Counted from the first letter of the whole stretch, positions 38,455 through 51,691 are shown. The stretch is DNA of 63,692 nucleotides, filler included, from Octopus bimaculoides (GCF_001194135.2; 5 parts of 3 records of this genome joined end to end with filler, not necessarily neighbours in it), one strand, 5' to 3'. Numbers and translations are program-made. Notes: generated by a model from the letters alone, not told the origin.

Positions 38455-39344
38455 GTGGTCATCATCCTCATCATCGTTCTCATCATGCACATTGCATCAT
38501 CGTCGTCGTCATTCTCTTTATTATTATCATCATCAGTAATTGTAAGCGCCATTGCAGTCATCTCCAGGATGTTTTAGTCTACTGTGATGTCTTCATTAAC
38601 TTCTGTTAATACACCAGTTGCTTTTGTAATGACTTTGTCCAAGTTTGGAAAGTTTCAAAATGCTTTTCATATAAATTCTTCGTAATCATAAACCCAATGT
38701 TGTATGCAGTGCTTTCATCTTTTCATCTAGTACAACATTGCTTACTAATTTCCCTTGGGCTTCTCAGTTGACTAATATGTCTCAGTATATCTGAGAGTGA
38801 TAATGACCATTGGATCAGCTTTAAATCCGGTTTCAAAGAGAAATCTTTATCTCAATTCAGTGATCAAAGAGCTAAAAGTAATCCCATTCAATAGAAGTCA
38901 CCTCATCGCAGAATAAAAGAAAATTATTACGTCCATAAAACCCATCCTCTTATAATACCTGAACAAAACATGATGTATTACTCGGGTAGGAATGAAATTA
39001 AGGAAGAAAATAAGACTCAGTAACTTTCTGGGAAACCATTTTCAGATTTTCTGGAAGGTTTCTCTTCGGTAATACATATTTATGAAGAACACAAGGTGTT
39101 GTCAATTTTGCGTTACAAGATTTATTTTTGAAATATACTCCAATCAGAGTCCATAGGTCACTTTAAAGCGGAGATTTAGTGGAATAAGTGGAATGGTATT
39201 AAAATCACAAAACTCTGTATATGCTTATTTAAGGTTACAATTGGAAGATAGCAATACAATAATTGACAAAAGTTTTAAATGAAATGAGAAGGTAATAAAA
39301 GAATAGACGAAAAGACCGATAGCAATAAAATACGGTAAATGAAA

Positions 39345-39960
<616 letters not shown>

Positions 39961-40082
39961 AATCAATAACTTGTTGAAAAATATCTTCAGACATTTCACA
40001 AATATTCCAGATAATTGAATCAACAGAAGAAAGTGGAATGTCGTGACTGTTCTGTTTTAGTTCGATCTCCCCATATCAGGCA

Positions 40083-40299
40083 CGAAGGGGTGCTGAAAAG
40101 TACCTGGCTTTAAGGGTATCGTAAAAGGTCTGGTTATAAGCCCAACTTTCCGTCTTCTTTTTCATGGCGTAGGAAAACTGAAAGACCGCTGTAATATATG
40201 TGTGGATCTGAGAGAGGAATATGTTGAATAAAATCATAACTAACTAGTCCTTCGAGATTTACTTTTACACAGAGCCAGGAACTTTTCAGAACCTTCTCG
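40083..40299 (+). mobile_element. mariner-derived MITE
   Basis: 29-bp TIRs (cgaaggggtgctgaaaagtacctggc / gccaggaacttttcagaaccttctcg); retains the transposase C-terminus LKDRCNICVDL..EYVE*. Confidence 0.8.
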
Positions 40300-40589
40300 G
40301 CGCAAAGTAAAACCAGCTTATCGGAATTGTCATAGTGTTTCTTTGAATTTGTTATAATTGTGGAATGTGATAGAAAGCTGCGAGCATTAGTTTTCTTGTT
40401 AGATTTAGATCTGAAGCCATGTTTGTGTAGTTCTCATAGTAGCTCTCTTAGCTTCACAAGTAGGGTGGTTTAACTTGTGGCTATTACGTTAGTGTTAAAG
40501 GACTCAATGCATGATTTCCAAGAAGTTTTCATCAGAGCGGTTACTAAGGATTTGACTCATCTTCAAAAATTAAATCTAAACCATATTGT

Positions 40590-40728
40590 ACTAGCGCAGG
40601 CGTATCTGTGTGGTAAAAAGCTTGCTTCCCAATCAGGTGGTTCCGAGTTCAGTGCCACAGCATGGCATCTTGGGCCGACCAAAGCTTTGTAAGTGGATTT
40701 AGTAGACGGAAACTGAAAGAAGTCCGTC

Positions 40729-40824
<96 letters not shown>

Positions 40825-41045
40825 TTATATGTGTCTGTGTCTATGTTTGTACCACTTGACAACCGGTGTTGGTGTGTTTATGACCCTGTAACCTATTGTT
40901 TCAGCAAAAGAGACTGATAGGAGAAGTACCAGGCTTAACAAAAAAACTAAGTACTGGGGTCTATTCATTGGTCTAAAACAAATTGTTCAAAGGCAGTGCC
41001 CCAGCATAGCCGCCGTCTAATGATTCAAACAAGCAAAAAGAAAAA
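40590..41045 (+). mobile_element. SINE family A, full length
   Basis: Head, microsatellite and 3' half all present. Confidence 0.9.
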
Positions 41046-41512
41046 AATAAGAAACAGACGTATGAATCCATGTATGCATAATTTTTAGACATAACAAAAT
41101 TGATTTATAATAAAATCGCTAATTAGTTTATTTATATTATTGAAATTAAAGAAGTATTAATATCTTATATGGTGTTATACTTTAATGATTTTACCTTGGA
41201 AAATAATCAAATAAGATTAATAATTTATGAATAAAAATTGAGGATAGATGAAAGAAGGTTGAGTAAATCAAGACAAAAGAACAGAAGAATTAAGCTAGAA
41301 AGTGAAGTGAAACTGAAGTTGTGTTTTTCTTTGTTCTTTTTTCTTTTCCTTTCTTTCTTCTTTTTTTTTTTTGAATAATTTGTATAGACTGTGAAAGTCT
41401 GTATGTTGTATTACGTGTTGTCTGTCTTACATCACCAACGATAACAGAATTATTGATTTTGTCTGAAGTTACTAAAAAATATCGTCATAACATGATGAAT
41501 CACATAACAAGT

Positions 41513-41572
<60 letters not shown>

Positions 41573-42259
41573 GTGATTATTATAAAAATAGCTACACTGA
41601 CTTCAAGTGAAAGCGAAGTGTGAATAAAAGAGCACATCGTCATTATAGTGTGCAGATGACGAGGAAATACGTTTATGGAGAGAATCATTCTGAATTATAA
41701 TGAAGTCACAGATATGTTACGTTGCGGCTAATACAAAAATGTGAGATTTTTTTTTACTCCTTCCCCTTTAACAGATGAATAATAAGGAAAAAATATTGCT
41801 TTAATAATAACATACTGTACTACAAAATATATCTATGCTACATCTATAGATTTTAGTCAACATTGTATGAAATATTGTAAACACTTCTAAAGGTATGTAA
41901 TAGACCGATGTAAAACATATATAGATGTTTGTTTCATCCGTCTATTGCATACAGCCTTGGCTAAAATCTATGGATATACTTATCATGCAAGGCGAAGTAG
42001 AAAATTGGTACATTGGATTTACTTAGATCATTACTAATAATGGGTTTATAAGCGGTGCCTTAGCAGACATTCTAAGGGGGCATCACTCATTGATAAAATC
42101 TCAACATAAGATTGAAACTAGTCTCGTTAATCCATGTCTGTGGTGTTGACATCTGCTATTAGATAGCGTTGGCTAATATCTATTGAGGCGTGCTTATAAT
42201 TCACTATAGCTTTGAAACAAAATGTAGTTAACCCTCTACTAATGTATTGAATAATTTGT

Positions 42260-42890
42260 TTTCTAGTATCGGCACAAGGCCCGAAATTTGGGATGGGGGA
42301 GCAGTCGATTACGTCAACCCCGATTTTTAACTTGTACTTATTTCATCGACCTTGAAAGAATGAAAGGAAAAGCCGCTTTCGGCGAAATTTGAAACTGGAA
42401 CGCAAAGAGCTGACGGAAATACGATTCTGCCAGCTCGCTGCCTTACGAAATGATCCTTTCTACAGTAGGCGCAAGGCCTGAATTATTTTATAACGTTAAA
42501 ATAGTAATTATTCCCCCCTCCCCTCTGAAAGAATTAAAGGCAAAGTCGACCTCAGTGGAGTTTGAAATTAGAACGTGGAGTTTGAAATTAGAACGTGGAG
42601 ACAGACGGAATACCGCTAAGCATATTGTCAGGCGAACTAAAGATTCTACCACCTCACCGCTTTTAACTTGTTAGATAACCCTTTCTACTATAGGTACAAG
42701 ACCTGAAATTTACGGGGATGGGGGCTACTTGACTATGTCGACCCCAGTGCGCAACGAGTGCTTATTTTATGGACCCCGAAAGAATGAAAAGCAATGTCGA
42801 CCTCGGCAGAATTTGAGCTCAACATAAAGACGGATAAAATGCCGCTAAGCATTTTGCCTGGCGTATTAATGATTCTGCCAACTCACCGCC
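42260..42890 (-). mobile_element. Three head-to-tail SINE family B copies
   Basis: About 42260-42445, 42450-42660 and 42680-42890; internal duplication gagtttgaaattagaacgtg x2. Confidence 0.88.
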
Positions 42891-43515
42891 TAATCTATTA
42901 AATGATAAATGTTATAGGATGTATTACAAGCTACTCCACTTTGTTCTTCCCCTCGCTACCATTACTATCACGTAATACCTGTTTGTAACCTCACGTCAAA
43001 AGGAAGTAATTTTTTTAAGTAAACTTCGTATATTATGCAAAGTCTATTACTAATTACTAAAAATATTTCGGGATGGAAACGAAAGTAGAATAAGTACAAC
43101 GTATTAAATTAGAATTTGATAATCAAAATTGAAAAAGAATTACAAAAATGTATAAAATCTTAACTACAAAATTCTCTTTCAAGGACAAATATTTATTGAA
43201 TCAAATATATAAACTATATTATTTTTTAAAGATTTATAAATGTTGAATGATTATATACGATGTTATCAATAAACATTACCGAAAGTATTTCTATTCTTTC
43301 TTTTTTCTTTTTGTTTGTGTTTCAAGCGTTATTAAATGTATATTTTCTGTTTGTAAAGAAGGTAGTTGTAATCGTTTCGTTGGGCATTATCCTTCCTTCA
43401 TATGCTTTAAAGCATTCGCTATTTCACAGAACAATATGGCAGCACTTCTTCAGACATTTGTGACAGTGGCGAATCGAGAGTCCATAATGGTTTACAAAGA
43501 TTGGTGTAAAAGATT

Positions 43516-43683
43516 TCACTCCTGCACCTCTCTTTTGTCTGTCACTGATTTATATAATAACAACTCTCTCCTGCATCGTTTTAGACTTTCCTTCTCTTTC
43601 GCAGCAGACAGCAACTTTTTCAGTCTGTAGTCTTCGAAATTTCTTTCCAGATTTTGTCTTATCTCCTCGCTGAGAATGGGATC
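43516..43683 (-). CDS. Candidate terminal coding exon of an unidentified gene
   Basis: Acceptor ttttgcttatgtacag with upstream ctaat; phase 0 frame DPILSEEIRQNLERNFEDYRLKKLL..VQE* (a phase 1 frame is also open to 43550); AATAAA at 43192-43197. Confidence 0.45.
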   Translation of the reverse strand, partial: DPILSEEIRQNLERNFEDYRLKKLLSAAKEKESLKRCRRELLLYKSVTDKREVQE

Positions 43684-45197
43684 CTGTACATAAGCAAAAT
43701 AAATTCGAATTAGGAAATACAAACAGTTCGATAATATTAAAACAAAACATTATCAATTGAGTGTACATAACGTTGAGTGTTGTTTAAACGCAAGACATTA
43801 TTCTGCTTATGCAGCACCATTGCAAGTCAGCTAATAGTATATATATACTATCTATATATACTTCAGACTAGCGGATACGATTTTGTTTCGGAAGAAATCC
43901 GAGTATGTAACACTGATAAGCCGCATATAATGCGAAATACATGTTTATCGTTCTAGTGAGCTCTTTTAAGTCGATTTCACTTTTCCTACCTCAGCTTTTT
44001 AACACCTATACATCCATCAACAACTGGATTTTCACATAAGCTAGGAAGCAGTACAGCAAAAATAGGGGATAGTAAAACTTCTCGAACAAACTCTGTAAAA
44101 TTATTTTCAAGTTAACATAAAAATACATTAAAACAAAAGGTAAACATTCCATTTTATTAAGCATAGAATGGTTTTGTGATACTTTTAGATGAATTGCCTT
44201 TTACAGGATTTGTCTGGAAGTGGATAAATTTTGTGACTCCGAGTAATACAAAGCAGATGACGGGCACCAAAGAGTAAACTGATCGTAAATTGAATCTTCA
44301 AATCTGAATCCAAATGCTTAAGCCAAACCTATCTTTCTTCACTTACACTTTTAATCGTTTTAAAAAGGCATAAATATTATATCATACTACTGACTGCTAC
44401 TATTACAGATACAGTCCATTCAACAGGTTTCTACAAAGTTTCTGTCTATTTAAAGTTAATCACAAAGCTTAGATGACCTCCCAAAGCGACAGAATATTTT
44501 TGCAGAGTGCTGTAGAGTAATCGAACTCAAAACCTTATGATTGTGAAGCGAACAATTTAACGTGGGGGACATGACTGCACCCATAATTAAAGTATAATTA
44601 AAATGATATACACTTTAATCTTTAAGACAATGTTCTTAATCCGCTAATCATTATCGTATTAGTTGCTCACCCATAAAATATGGCTTCACCCTATCCTCTC
44701 AGGTTCAACTTTGCTTTTACTATGCAAAGAGCAGAATAAACGGATTTTTAAAAAGTGTACAGATTGCTAAATGTATAAAGCGATTAACAGATTAAAGTGA
44801 AATCTGACGTTAATGACGACGACGACAACAACGACATTGACGATGACGACGATGACGTTGATGGTGGTGGCGTTGATGNNNNNNNNNNNNNNNNNNNNNN
44901 NNNNNNNNNNNNNNNNNNNNNNTTAATTAATTAANNNNNNNNNNNNNNNNNNNNNNNNNNNNNNNNNNNNNNNNNNNNATATATATAATCCGAATTATAA
45001 GAAAACGAAACACTTTGCCACATCTTCAATCATCAGTTACAATTGTTTTTGTACCAAACTTTACCTACAACACTAGTTTATGCAAAAATTCGAAGTGAAA
45101 ATTTATGTAATATTTGCCGTTTTAGACATTAGATTGGCACTTCATCAGACTTGCATGAAAGGTGTGCTTTTACATTGTGTACAATATAAGATCATAC

Positions 45198-45313
45198 CTT
45201 TGGCGCAAGTTTGAAAGGAGAAGTTGTTCTCATAAATACTGCTGGTGTAAGATTTCAATTCAAAATGTCTGATGGTTAATGGTTTATTTTCGAAGCACAA
45301 AGTGAAGTTATAT
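45198..45313 (-). CDS. Candidate internal exon
   Basis: cttcag acceptor, AAG|gtatga donor, open frame YNFTLCFENKPLTIRHFELKSYTSSIYENNFSFQTCAK. Confidence 0.3.
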
Positions 45314-45387
45314 CTGAAGCTGGCTGGTTAATTAAAATATTTTACAAGGTTAATTGTTTGAAAGTAAAATTTGTGAAAAATACTTAC

Positions 45388-45404
45388 AGAAAAATTAAAA
45401 CTTG
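45388..45404 (-). CDS. Candidate 17-nt micro-exon
   Basis: ttttttttattccag|CAAGTTTTAATTTTTCT|gtaagt; frame-compatible with 45198-45313. Confidence 0.3.
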
Positions 45405-45811
45405 CTGGAATAAAAAAAATAGATTTTTAAAGAACTTAAATGGTAATTAATCTTATTGTAGTAATTTACAGAAAAATGAAACAAAATTATTTAAATTATT
45501 TTTCAACACCAACAAACAAAAAAATAAATCTAAATTCCATAGGAAGACTACAGACCAAAGTGTTGAAAACATGAACAGAATATATTCTTTAATAATGTAA
45601 ATATGTGAAAATGAAAACTAACATTTTGATTGATTTATTGATCAAAGTATCAATAATAATGTCGAAAGTAAATAGTACAGATAATAAAGAGTGAAGATGT
45701 GAAGCTTAGTGGTAAGGGAGTCTTCGGCATATGGTTGCGAGTTTGGCTCCCAAGGTTGTTATTTAATCTGCAGTTTTAGACATGAGCATGATCGTTACCA
45801 TCATCGCCTTA

Positions 45812-46112
45812 CTTGCATGTTAGAAAATCATTCGAGCGAGGTCGTTGCCAGTGCCGCCGGACTGGCTCCTGTGCATGCGGCACGTAAAAAATACCATTTT
45901 CAGCATGGCCGTTGCCAATACCGCCTGACTGGCCTTCATGCCAGTGGCACGTAAAAGCACCCACTACACTCTCGGAGTGGTTGGCGTTAGGAAGGGCATC
46001 CAGCTGTAGAAATTCTGCCAGATCAGATTGGAGCCTGGTGTAGCCATCTGTTTCACCAGTCCTCAGTCAAATCGTCCAACCCATGCTAGCATGGAAAGCA
46101 GACATTAAACGA
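45812..46112 (+). mobile_element. SINE family D (internal ~66-bp units, (GAT)n-like tail)
   Basis: ggcacgtaaaa units x2, tggttggcgttaggaagggcatccagctg, catgctagcatggaaagc..gatgatg. Confidence 0.88.
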
Positions 46113-46160
46113 CGATGATGTTGATTAACATGAAATTTTGATGGAAGATTTTAATTTAAA

Positions 46161-46340
46161 TCACTTCAAAACAGAATATATGACAGAAGCATGGGGAATC
46201 TCAGGCAAGTTGGTATTTAAAGAGTTAATAGTCGCCTTCAACCATTTTGTTATCACATTTCTGTGGAAAAATGCAGATTTTGCTTCGATTAATTTTGAAA
46301 ATAATGTAGAATTTAGTAAAACAACTTTGTCGTTATTAAC
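46161..46340 (-). CDS. Candidate exon (59 open codons)
   Basis: caccag acceptor; VNNDKVVLLNSTLFSKLIEAKSAFFHRNVITKWLKATINSL..; donor is weak. Confidence 0.25.
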   Translation of the reverse strand, partial: VNNDKVVLLNSTLFSKLIEAKSAFFHRNVITKWLKATINSLNTNLPEIPHASVIYSVLK

Positions 46341-47009
46341 CTGGTGCTCAGAACATAAACCAAAATGCAATTTTTATTGAAGGTTTTAAATTAGATTACT
46401 TTAAAACAGTAAGTTTGTATCATAGAATCATGCGTGGTCTCAGATGGTTTCCTATCACAAAGGTCAAGGCTGTGTTTGGGGAAAGAATTTCAAAGTTTGA
46501 AACATCTACTTATGTTAAAAATAAACACTATATACTTTTTTTTTATTTGCTGCATAAAGTAGCATTTTAATTTAAAAGTTAATTAAAATAAAATTAAGTA
46601 ACAAAAATAATAAACAATCAATTTTTTTTCTAGTTCATTCTCAGAAATATTGGTTCACAAGATTACATATGACCATCACAAAAAAAGCATTAAAAAAAAC
46701 AATATATTATCAATTGATAATTAATGAAACGGTATTAATTAAACAATTTTTTATTTATTTATCTAATCAAATAATCAAAATGTAAATCTAAATTAGTTAC
46801 GTTAGAAAAACATTAGACAAAGCAACTTTGTTCATTATTTAACCTCGTTTAATAATGATTTGCTTCGTTTGTCATAATATTGGGAGTCTTTAAAGGTTAA
46901 TTTTCATTGAAATATTATTCTATTGAATGTTTTCTCTCTACTTCAAAGAAAAATGAAGTTGGTAATTCCAACATCAAATAACAAATTATCCAAAGCATTA
47001 AGTTATACA

Positions 47010-47175
47010 ATCAGGCATAGTTGAATGGTAAAAAAAATTGTTTCCTAAGCACATGGTTCCAGGTTCATTCCTACTGTGTAGCACCTTCGGCAAGTATCAT
47101 CTATTATGACCTTGGGCTGACCAAAGCCTTGTAAGTGGATTTGGTAGATAGAAACTAAAAGCCAGTTGTATACAC
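47010..47175 (+). mobile_element. SINE family A head
   Basis: catggttccaggttcattc..ctgaccaaagccttgtaagtggatttggtagatagaaact. Confidence 0.85.
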
Positions 47176-47202
47176 ATATCCTTATCATCGTACTTTAACT
47201 TT

Positions 47203-47455
47203 ACAGCTGGATGCCCTTCCTAACAACGACCACTCCGAGAGTGTAGTGGGTGTTTTTTACGTGCCACCGGCACGAGGGCCAGTCCAGCGGTACTGGCAAC
47301 GGCCACGCTCAAATGGTGTTTTTTACGTGCCACCTGCACAGGAGTCAGTCCAATGTTTTGTTCACATGCCACCGGCACAAGTGCCAGTAAGGCGAAACTG
47401 GAAACGATCGCGCTCAAATGGTGCTTTTTACATGCTACCAGCACGGTAGTGAAGC
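47203..47455 (-). mobile_element. SINE family D, 4 internal units
   Basis: cagctggatgcccttcctaac..ttttacgtgccacc repeats. Confidence 0.85.
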
Positions 47456-47542
47456 CGCTGCTCTGTATAAAGCAAAATACGTTACCAAAATATTGCAAAA
47501 TTTTTGACTCATCACAATATCTTCTTTTTTCCCACTCTACAG

Positions 47543-47641
47543 GATGAGACATATTCTGTGTTATTATTTAATTTTTCCTTGCACTAAGAGCTCAAGCGAA
47601 TAATATGATTGGAAAACGTTGTCAGCTAAGCTTTGTTGGGG
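47543..47641 (+). other. Candidate exon with strong splice sites (signal-peptide-like if one T is removed)
   Basis: cttcttttttcccactctacag|G ATG ... GGG G|gtaagc. Confidence 0.4.
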
Positions 47642-48469
47642 GTAAGCCAAGTTTAATGTCTCTAGAAATAATTTTATATTCTTATCTTATTGGTGGACCA
47701 GGACTTGAAATCTTATTCAATATTTATTATTTGCTTAAGTTTTAAGATTCTCACAAAACATAGGGGTTGAATAAATAAATCGAAATTCTTTAGTTGGGAA
47801 TTGGAGAAATAAAGCCATCTCCAATAACAGACTGAATATTTTGTCTAACTGCCATACTTTTCGTTAAACAAATAAAAATCATGCTTTGTAAGATATATGG
47901 TAGCGATGTAATGTTGTTTTATGGTTCTTATTTCAACTAAAGAACTATTATTTATCTTAGCTGTGGTTTGTAAGTGTAGGCATGTGACAAGGTCATGGTT
48001 TCAGTTCCCAGGTCAGATAGTGCAATGTGTTATTCACTCCAGCCATACATGGATGACTGGTTGAAACTAGGGAAGTGGCTTGTGAATCTCCAGCTGCAAC
48101 AATAAACCAACTATAGTCTGTTTGTGGTGCAAAGAGGTTCAAGTACTGATTTTCACTAAACTTAGACAATAAAGTACTGCGCAAAAGTCTTTGGCCACTT
48201 TAAACTATTGTAAAATATTAGTGGATGTTTCCCGTTACGTTTTTTACAGATGAAACATTGGCCCTGCTGGAGTCATTTCCATACTTAATCATTATATTTT
48301 GTAGAAGGGGTTCTGAATGAGAGGGGAAGGTGTGAAAGGACCACCAAAAATGGCCAAAGTTGTCGTCTACCTCACAAAAACCAATAAAGATACAGTGTTT
48401 TAAAATAGAAAAATGTTTATAATGAAAATTTATTACATAATGATCATTTCAAGAACTTACTGCACATTG

Positions 48470-48720
48470 TTAATATTTCGTGTGACTTCCTTTAGCTTGA
48501 ATAATTGCTTCAATATACCTGGGAAGAGATGCGTACAAATCCTTCACCATTTTCACAGGTATGAGATACCATTCTCTGTGGCTGGGCTCCCACAACTCTT
48601 CAAGATTGCGTGGATTCTTCTGACGAATTCTTCTCTTTAGTTCTGTCCAGATTTGTTTGATAATATTTAAGTCAGGACTCCTGAGCTGGCCAATCTTTCT
48701 ATAACACCTTCATCAGCCAG
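48470..48720 (-). pseudogene. Tc1 (DD34E-type) transposase C-terminal remnant
   Basis: WPAQ/SPDLNII..IWTELKRRIRQKNPRNLEELW..EW..IP..LYASLPRYIEAIIQAKGSHTKY*; Tc1-like TIR start gtactgcgcaaaagtctttggcc near 48175; element ends unresolved. Confidence 0.85.
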
Positions 48721-48984
48721 ACTCTGTAGTGTTGCAGACACAACTAACCATGAAGGGAGCATTTGAAAGGGAGTGGTTAATGCCAGTGTTGAGAGAATAA
48801 AGTATGATAGAGAGACAAACACAAGTGTCCTTTTATAGAGAAGGTACATGGTTACCCTGCATTTTATATGGATGACTCGGAGTATTTGGGAAGACACATA
48901 TATGCTGTATTATACTCTGTGTATAAAAAAAGTGTATACACCCATATATACACTTGTATATACAACTATATAGAAACAAGTTTT

Positions 48985-49166
48985 ATGTTCCGGTGTGGCT
49001 GAGTGGTAAGAAGTTTACTTCCCAATCACATGGTTCTGGGTTCAGTCCCACAATGTGGCACCCTAGGCAAGAATCTTCTACTACTGCCTGAGGCCAACCA
49101 AAGCCTTATGAATGGATTTCGTTTACAGAAACTGAAAGAAGCCTGTGATGTGTGTTTGTACGTGTA

Positions 49167-49208
<42 letters not shown>

Positions 49209-49465
49209 TTTGTGTCNNNNNNNNNNGTGTGTGTGTGTGTGTGTGTGTGTCTTTGTGTCTGTGTTCGTCCACCACCACCACTTCTTGACAACCAGTGTTG
49301 GTGTGTTAACATTGCCATAACTAAGCAGTTAGACAAAAGAGACTGATAGAATAAGTAGTACAAGGCTTTAAAAAAAATTAGTACTGCGATCAAGTCACTT
49401 GACTAAAAATTCTTGAAGGCAGTGCCCCAGCATGGCCGCAGTCTAATGACAGAAACAGACAAAGC
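48985..49465 (+). mobile_element. SINE family A, full length
   Basis: Head, microsatellite with a small gap, 3' half. Confidence 0.9.
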
Positions 49466-50384
49466 AATTATATTCCTTAACAAAATACTTGAAAGTAGAA
49501 GTAGATGTAAATTAAAAGAAAATTTAATTAAAATGCCGCAAAGAAAATACAATAATCTTGTAATACTCGTTAACCAATAATTATTTGAATAAGATTAGAT
49601 AATATTTCTCGAAAAACAATATTCAGCAAACTCACATTTACTGAGAATAACATAAAACTGTTTTTGGTAAATTTATTTTGTTTAAATTCCTGTTTATTTG
49701 GTCTCTTTTACTCTGCTGCATTTGGAACGTTTTTATTTCAACTTTTATTATCGATATTTAGATTAATAATTATAGAATACACAGAACTCAATTAGTCTCA
49801 AAAGACGAACATTTATTAATTATCATCATTAAATTACGGTAATTGGCACCAAAGTCTTTGACTATGTTCCTTTAATATGAAGTTGATTTCAGGCTGCCGA
49901 TGCATTAGCAAATGTAATGATTGGTGGGGTGGGGGCTAAATTACTAAAGATTACTTTTAAGATCGTCCGAAGTAAAACATGAAAGTGCGGAGGACACAAT
50001 TAACAGAGAAATGCTGCAACATTATGCCGACTACTGTACTGATTGGTGCCAAAAATGGAACGGGAAAAAAACAAAACAAAAACAAACCAAAAAAGAATTG
50101 CAATTACAGGTTTGGTTGGCACAAACAGTAATTAGAGGTGATTCTTGAGCTATAATTTAAAGAGGTAAAGATAGACATCGTCAGATAATTGTGGGAGAAG
50201 CAAAACTGAGCAAAGATGAAAAATGAAATTGTAAAGAGAACAAAGACAAGCAAGGGGAAGTGAAGTCGTCTGTAAAAGTGCAAAAACTATCATCGCCATT
50301 ATCATGGTCTCCATCCTCCTCCTCGTCATCATCGTTCTTGTCATCATCATCGCGATTGTTGTCAATCATCATCATCATCATCAT

Positions 50385-50620
50385 TTTAACATCCACTTTC
50401 CTACGCTTGCATGGTTCAGATGAAACTTGTTGCAGTGTATTTTCTATAGCTGGAAGCCCCCACCTGTTACCAACTCAAACCTACTTCCAGGTAATGTAAT
50501 GCTTCCCCATGGCCAGACAAATTTTCCATAGAAGACTGGAAAATAACATCCTCTCTTGTATGAAGGTGATGCTTTGTTCCAACCATCACATACATAATGT
50601 TAACACATGGCTACACAAAG
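50385..50620 (-). mobile_element. SINE family E (related to D; (GAT)n tail)
   Basis: tttctatagctggaagccc..agaagactggaaa..cttgtatgaaggtgatg matches 61115-61290. Confidence 0.6.
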
Positions 50621-50696
50621 ACACATACATATGTATATCTACATCCATCTATCTATATCCATATTCATCTCTTTCTCTCTCCATCTATCTATCTTT

Positions 50697-51017
50697 TTTT
50701 AACGTCCGCCTTCCATGCTAGCATGGGTTGAACGATTTGACTGAGGACTGGCGAACCAGAAGGTTGCACCAGGCTCCAATCTGATTTGGCAGAGTTTCTA
50801 CAGCTGGATGTCCTTCCTAACGCCAACCACTCCGAGAGTGTAGCGGGTGCGTTTACGTGCCACCGGCACGAATGCCAGTCAGGCAGTACTGGCAACGGCC
50901 ACGCGCAAAATGGCGTTTTTACGTGCCCCCTGCACAGGAGCCAGCCCAGCGGAGCTGGCAACGACCTCGCTAGAGTGTTTTTTTCATGCGCCACCAGCGC
51001 AAGTGCTAGTAAGGCGA
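50697..51017 (-). mobile_element. SINE family D, 3 internal units
   Basis: Reverse complement of 45812-46112. Confidence 0.9.
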
Positions 51018-51035
51018 TATATATATATATATATA

Positions 51036-51648
51036 CAGGGTGTTTCAAAACCATTTGATATCATTTTGCAATCTAGTGACTTTGCCAGTTCTTGTTCAAA
51101 TGACTTCAAATTTTAACAGAATGTGTAGAAACAGGTCAAAATTTTATATTTGCTGTTTGATATGTTTAGCTTTTCAGGTATAGAAATGACATTCATTGGA
51201 AGAGAAAAGGCATTTTATGTGTTGGAGTATGATTGAACAGTCGAACAACACTGTGTAGCTTGCATTTGTGAGAGAGTTCTTTAAAAAGTCACCAACGGCA
51301 ATGCAGATTTGGACATGGCACAGAAAATTCAAAGAGGAAGACTTTGTGCAGGGCAAAAGGATCTGGATGACAACTAACTCCAGAAAAGACAGAAACTCAA
51401 CGAAAAACGTTTGCAAAAACCCCCAAGAAGTCCATAAGAAGAACGAGTCTGGAAACCCAGATTCCCCCAAAGACAGTTTGGTGTATCTCGAGGAAATGCT
51501 TGCAGCTTGTTAAGGCCAGCTCGTTCAAATTTCGAGGAATACATCTTATGGTGCTCAACATTAAACCTGTTTTGTTTCATTTGCTTTGACTATATAGTTT
51601 CTGTAATATTTACATCTCAAATTATATCAAATTTTTGGAAACACCCTG
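51036..51648 (+). mobile_element. Internally deleted Tc1/mariner-type element (613 bp)
   Basis: TIRs cagggtgtttcaaaaccatttgatatc / atatcaaatttttggaaacaccctg, TA flanks; N-terminal HTH remnant VREFFKKSPTAMQIWTWHRKFKEE. Confidence 0.9.
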
Positions 51649-51652
51649 TATA

Positions 51653-51691
<39 letters not shown>

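Noticed and set aside
38286-38609. His-rich ORF (HHHHHHHHHRGHHPHH)
   Set aside because: Translation of a (CAT)n microsatellite; no splice or homology support
43972-44065. 51-nt minus-strand exon-like segment (LCENPVVDGCIGVKKL)
   Set aside because: Only open in phase 2, which is incompatible with both neighbouring candidate exons
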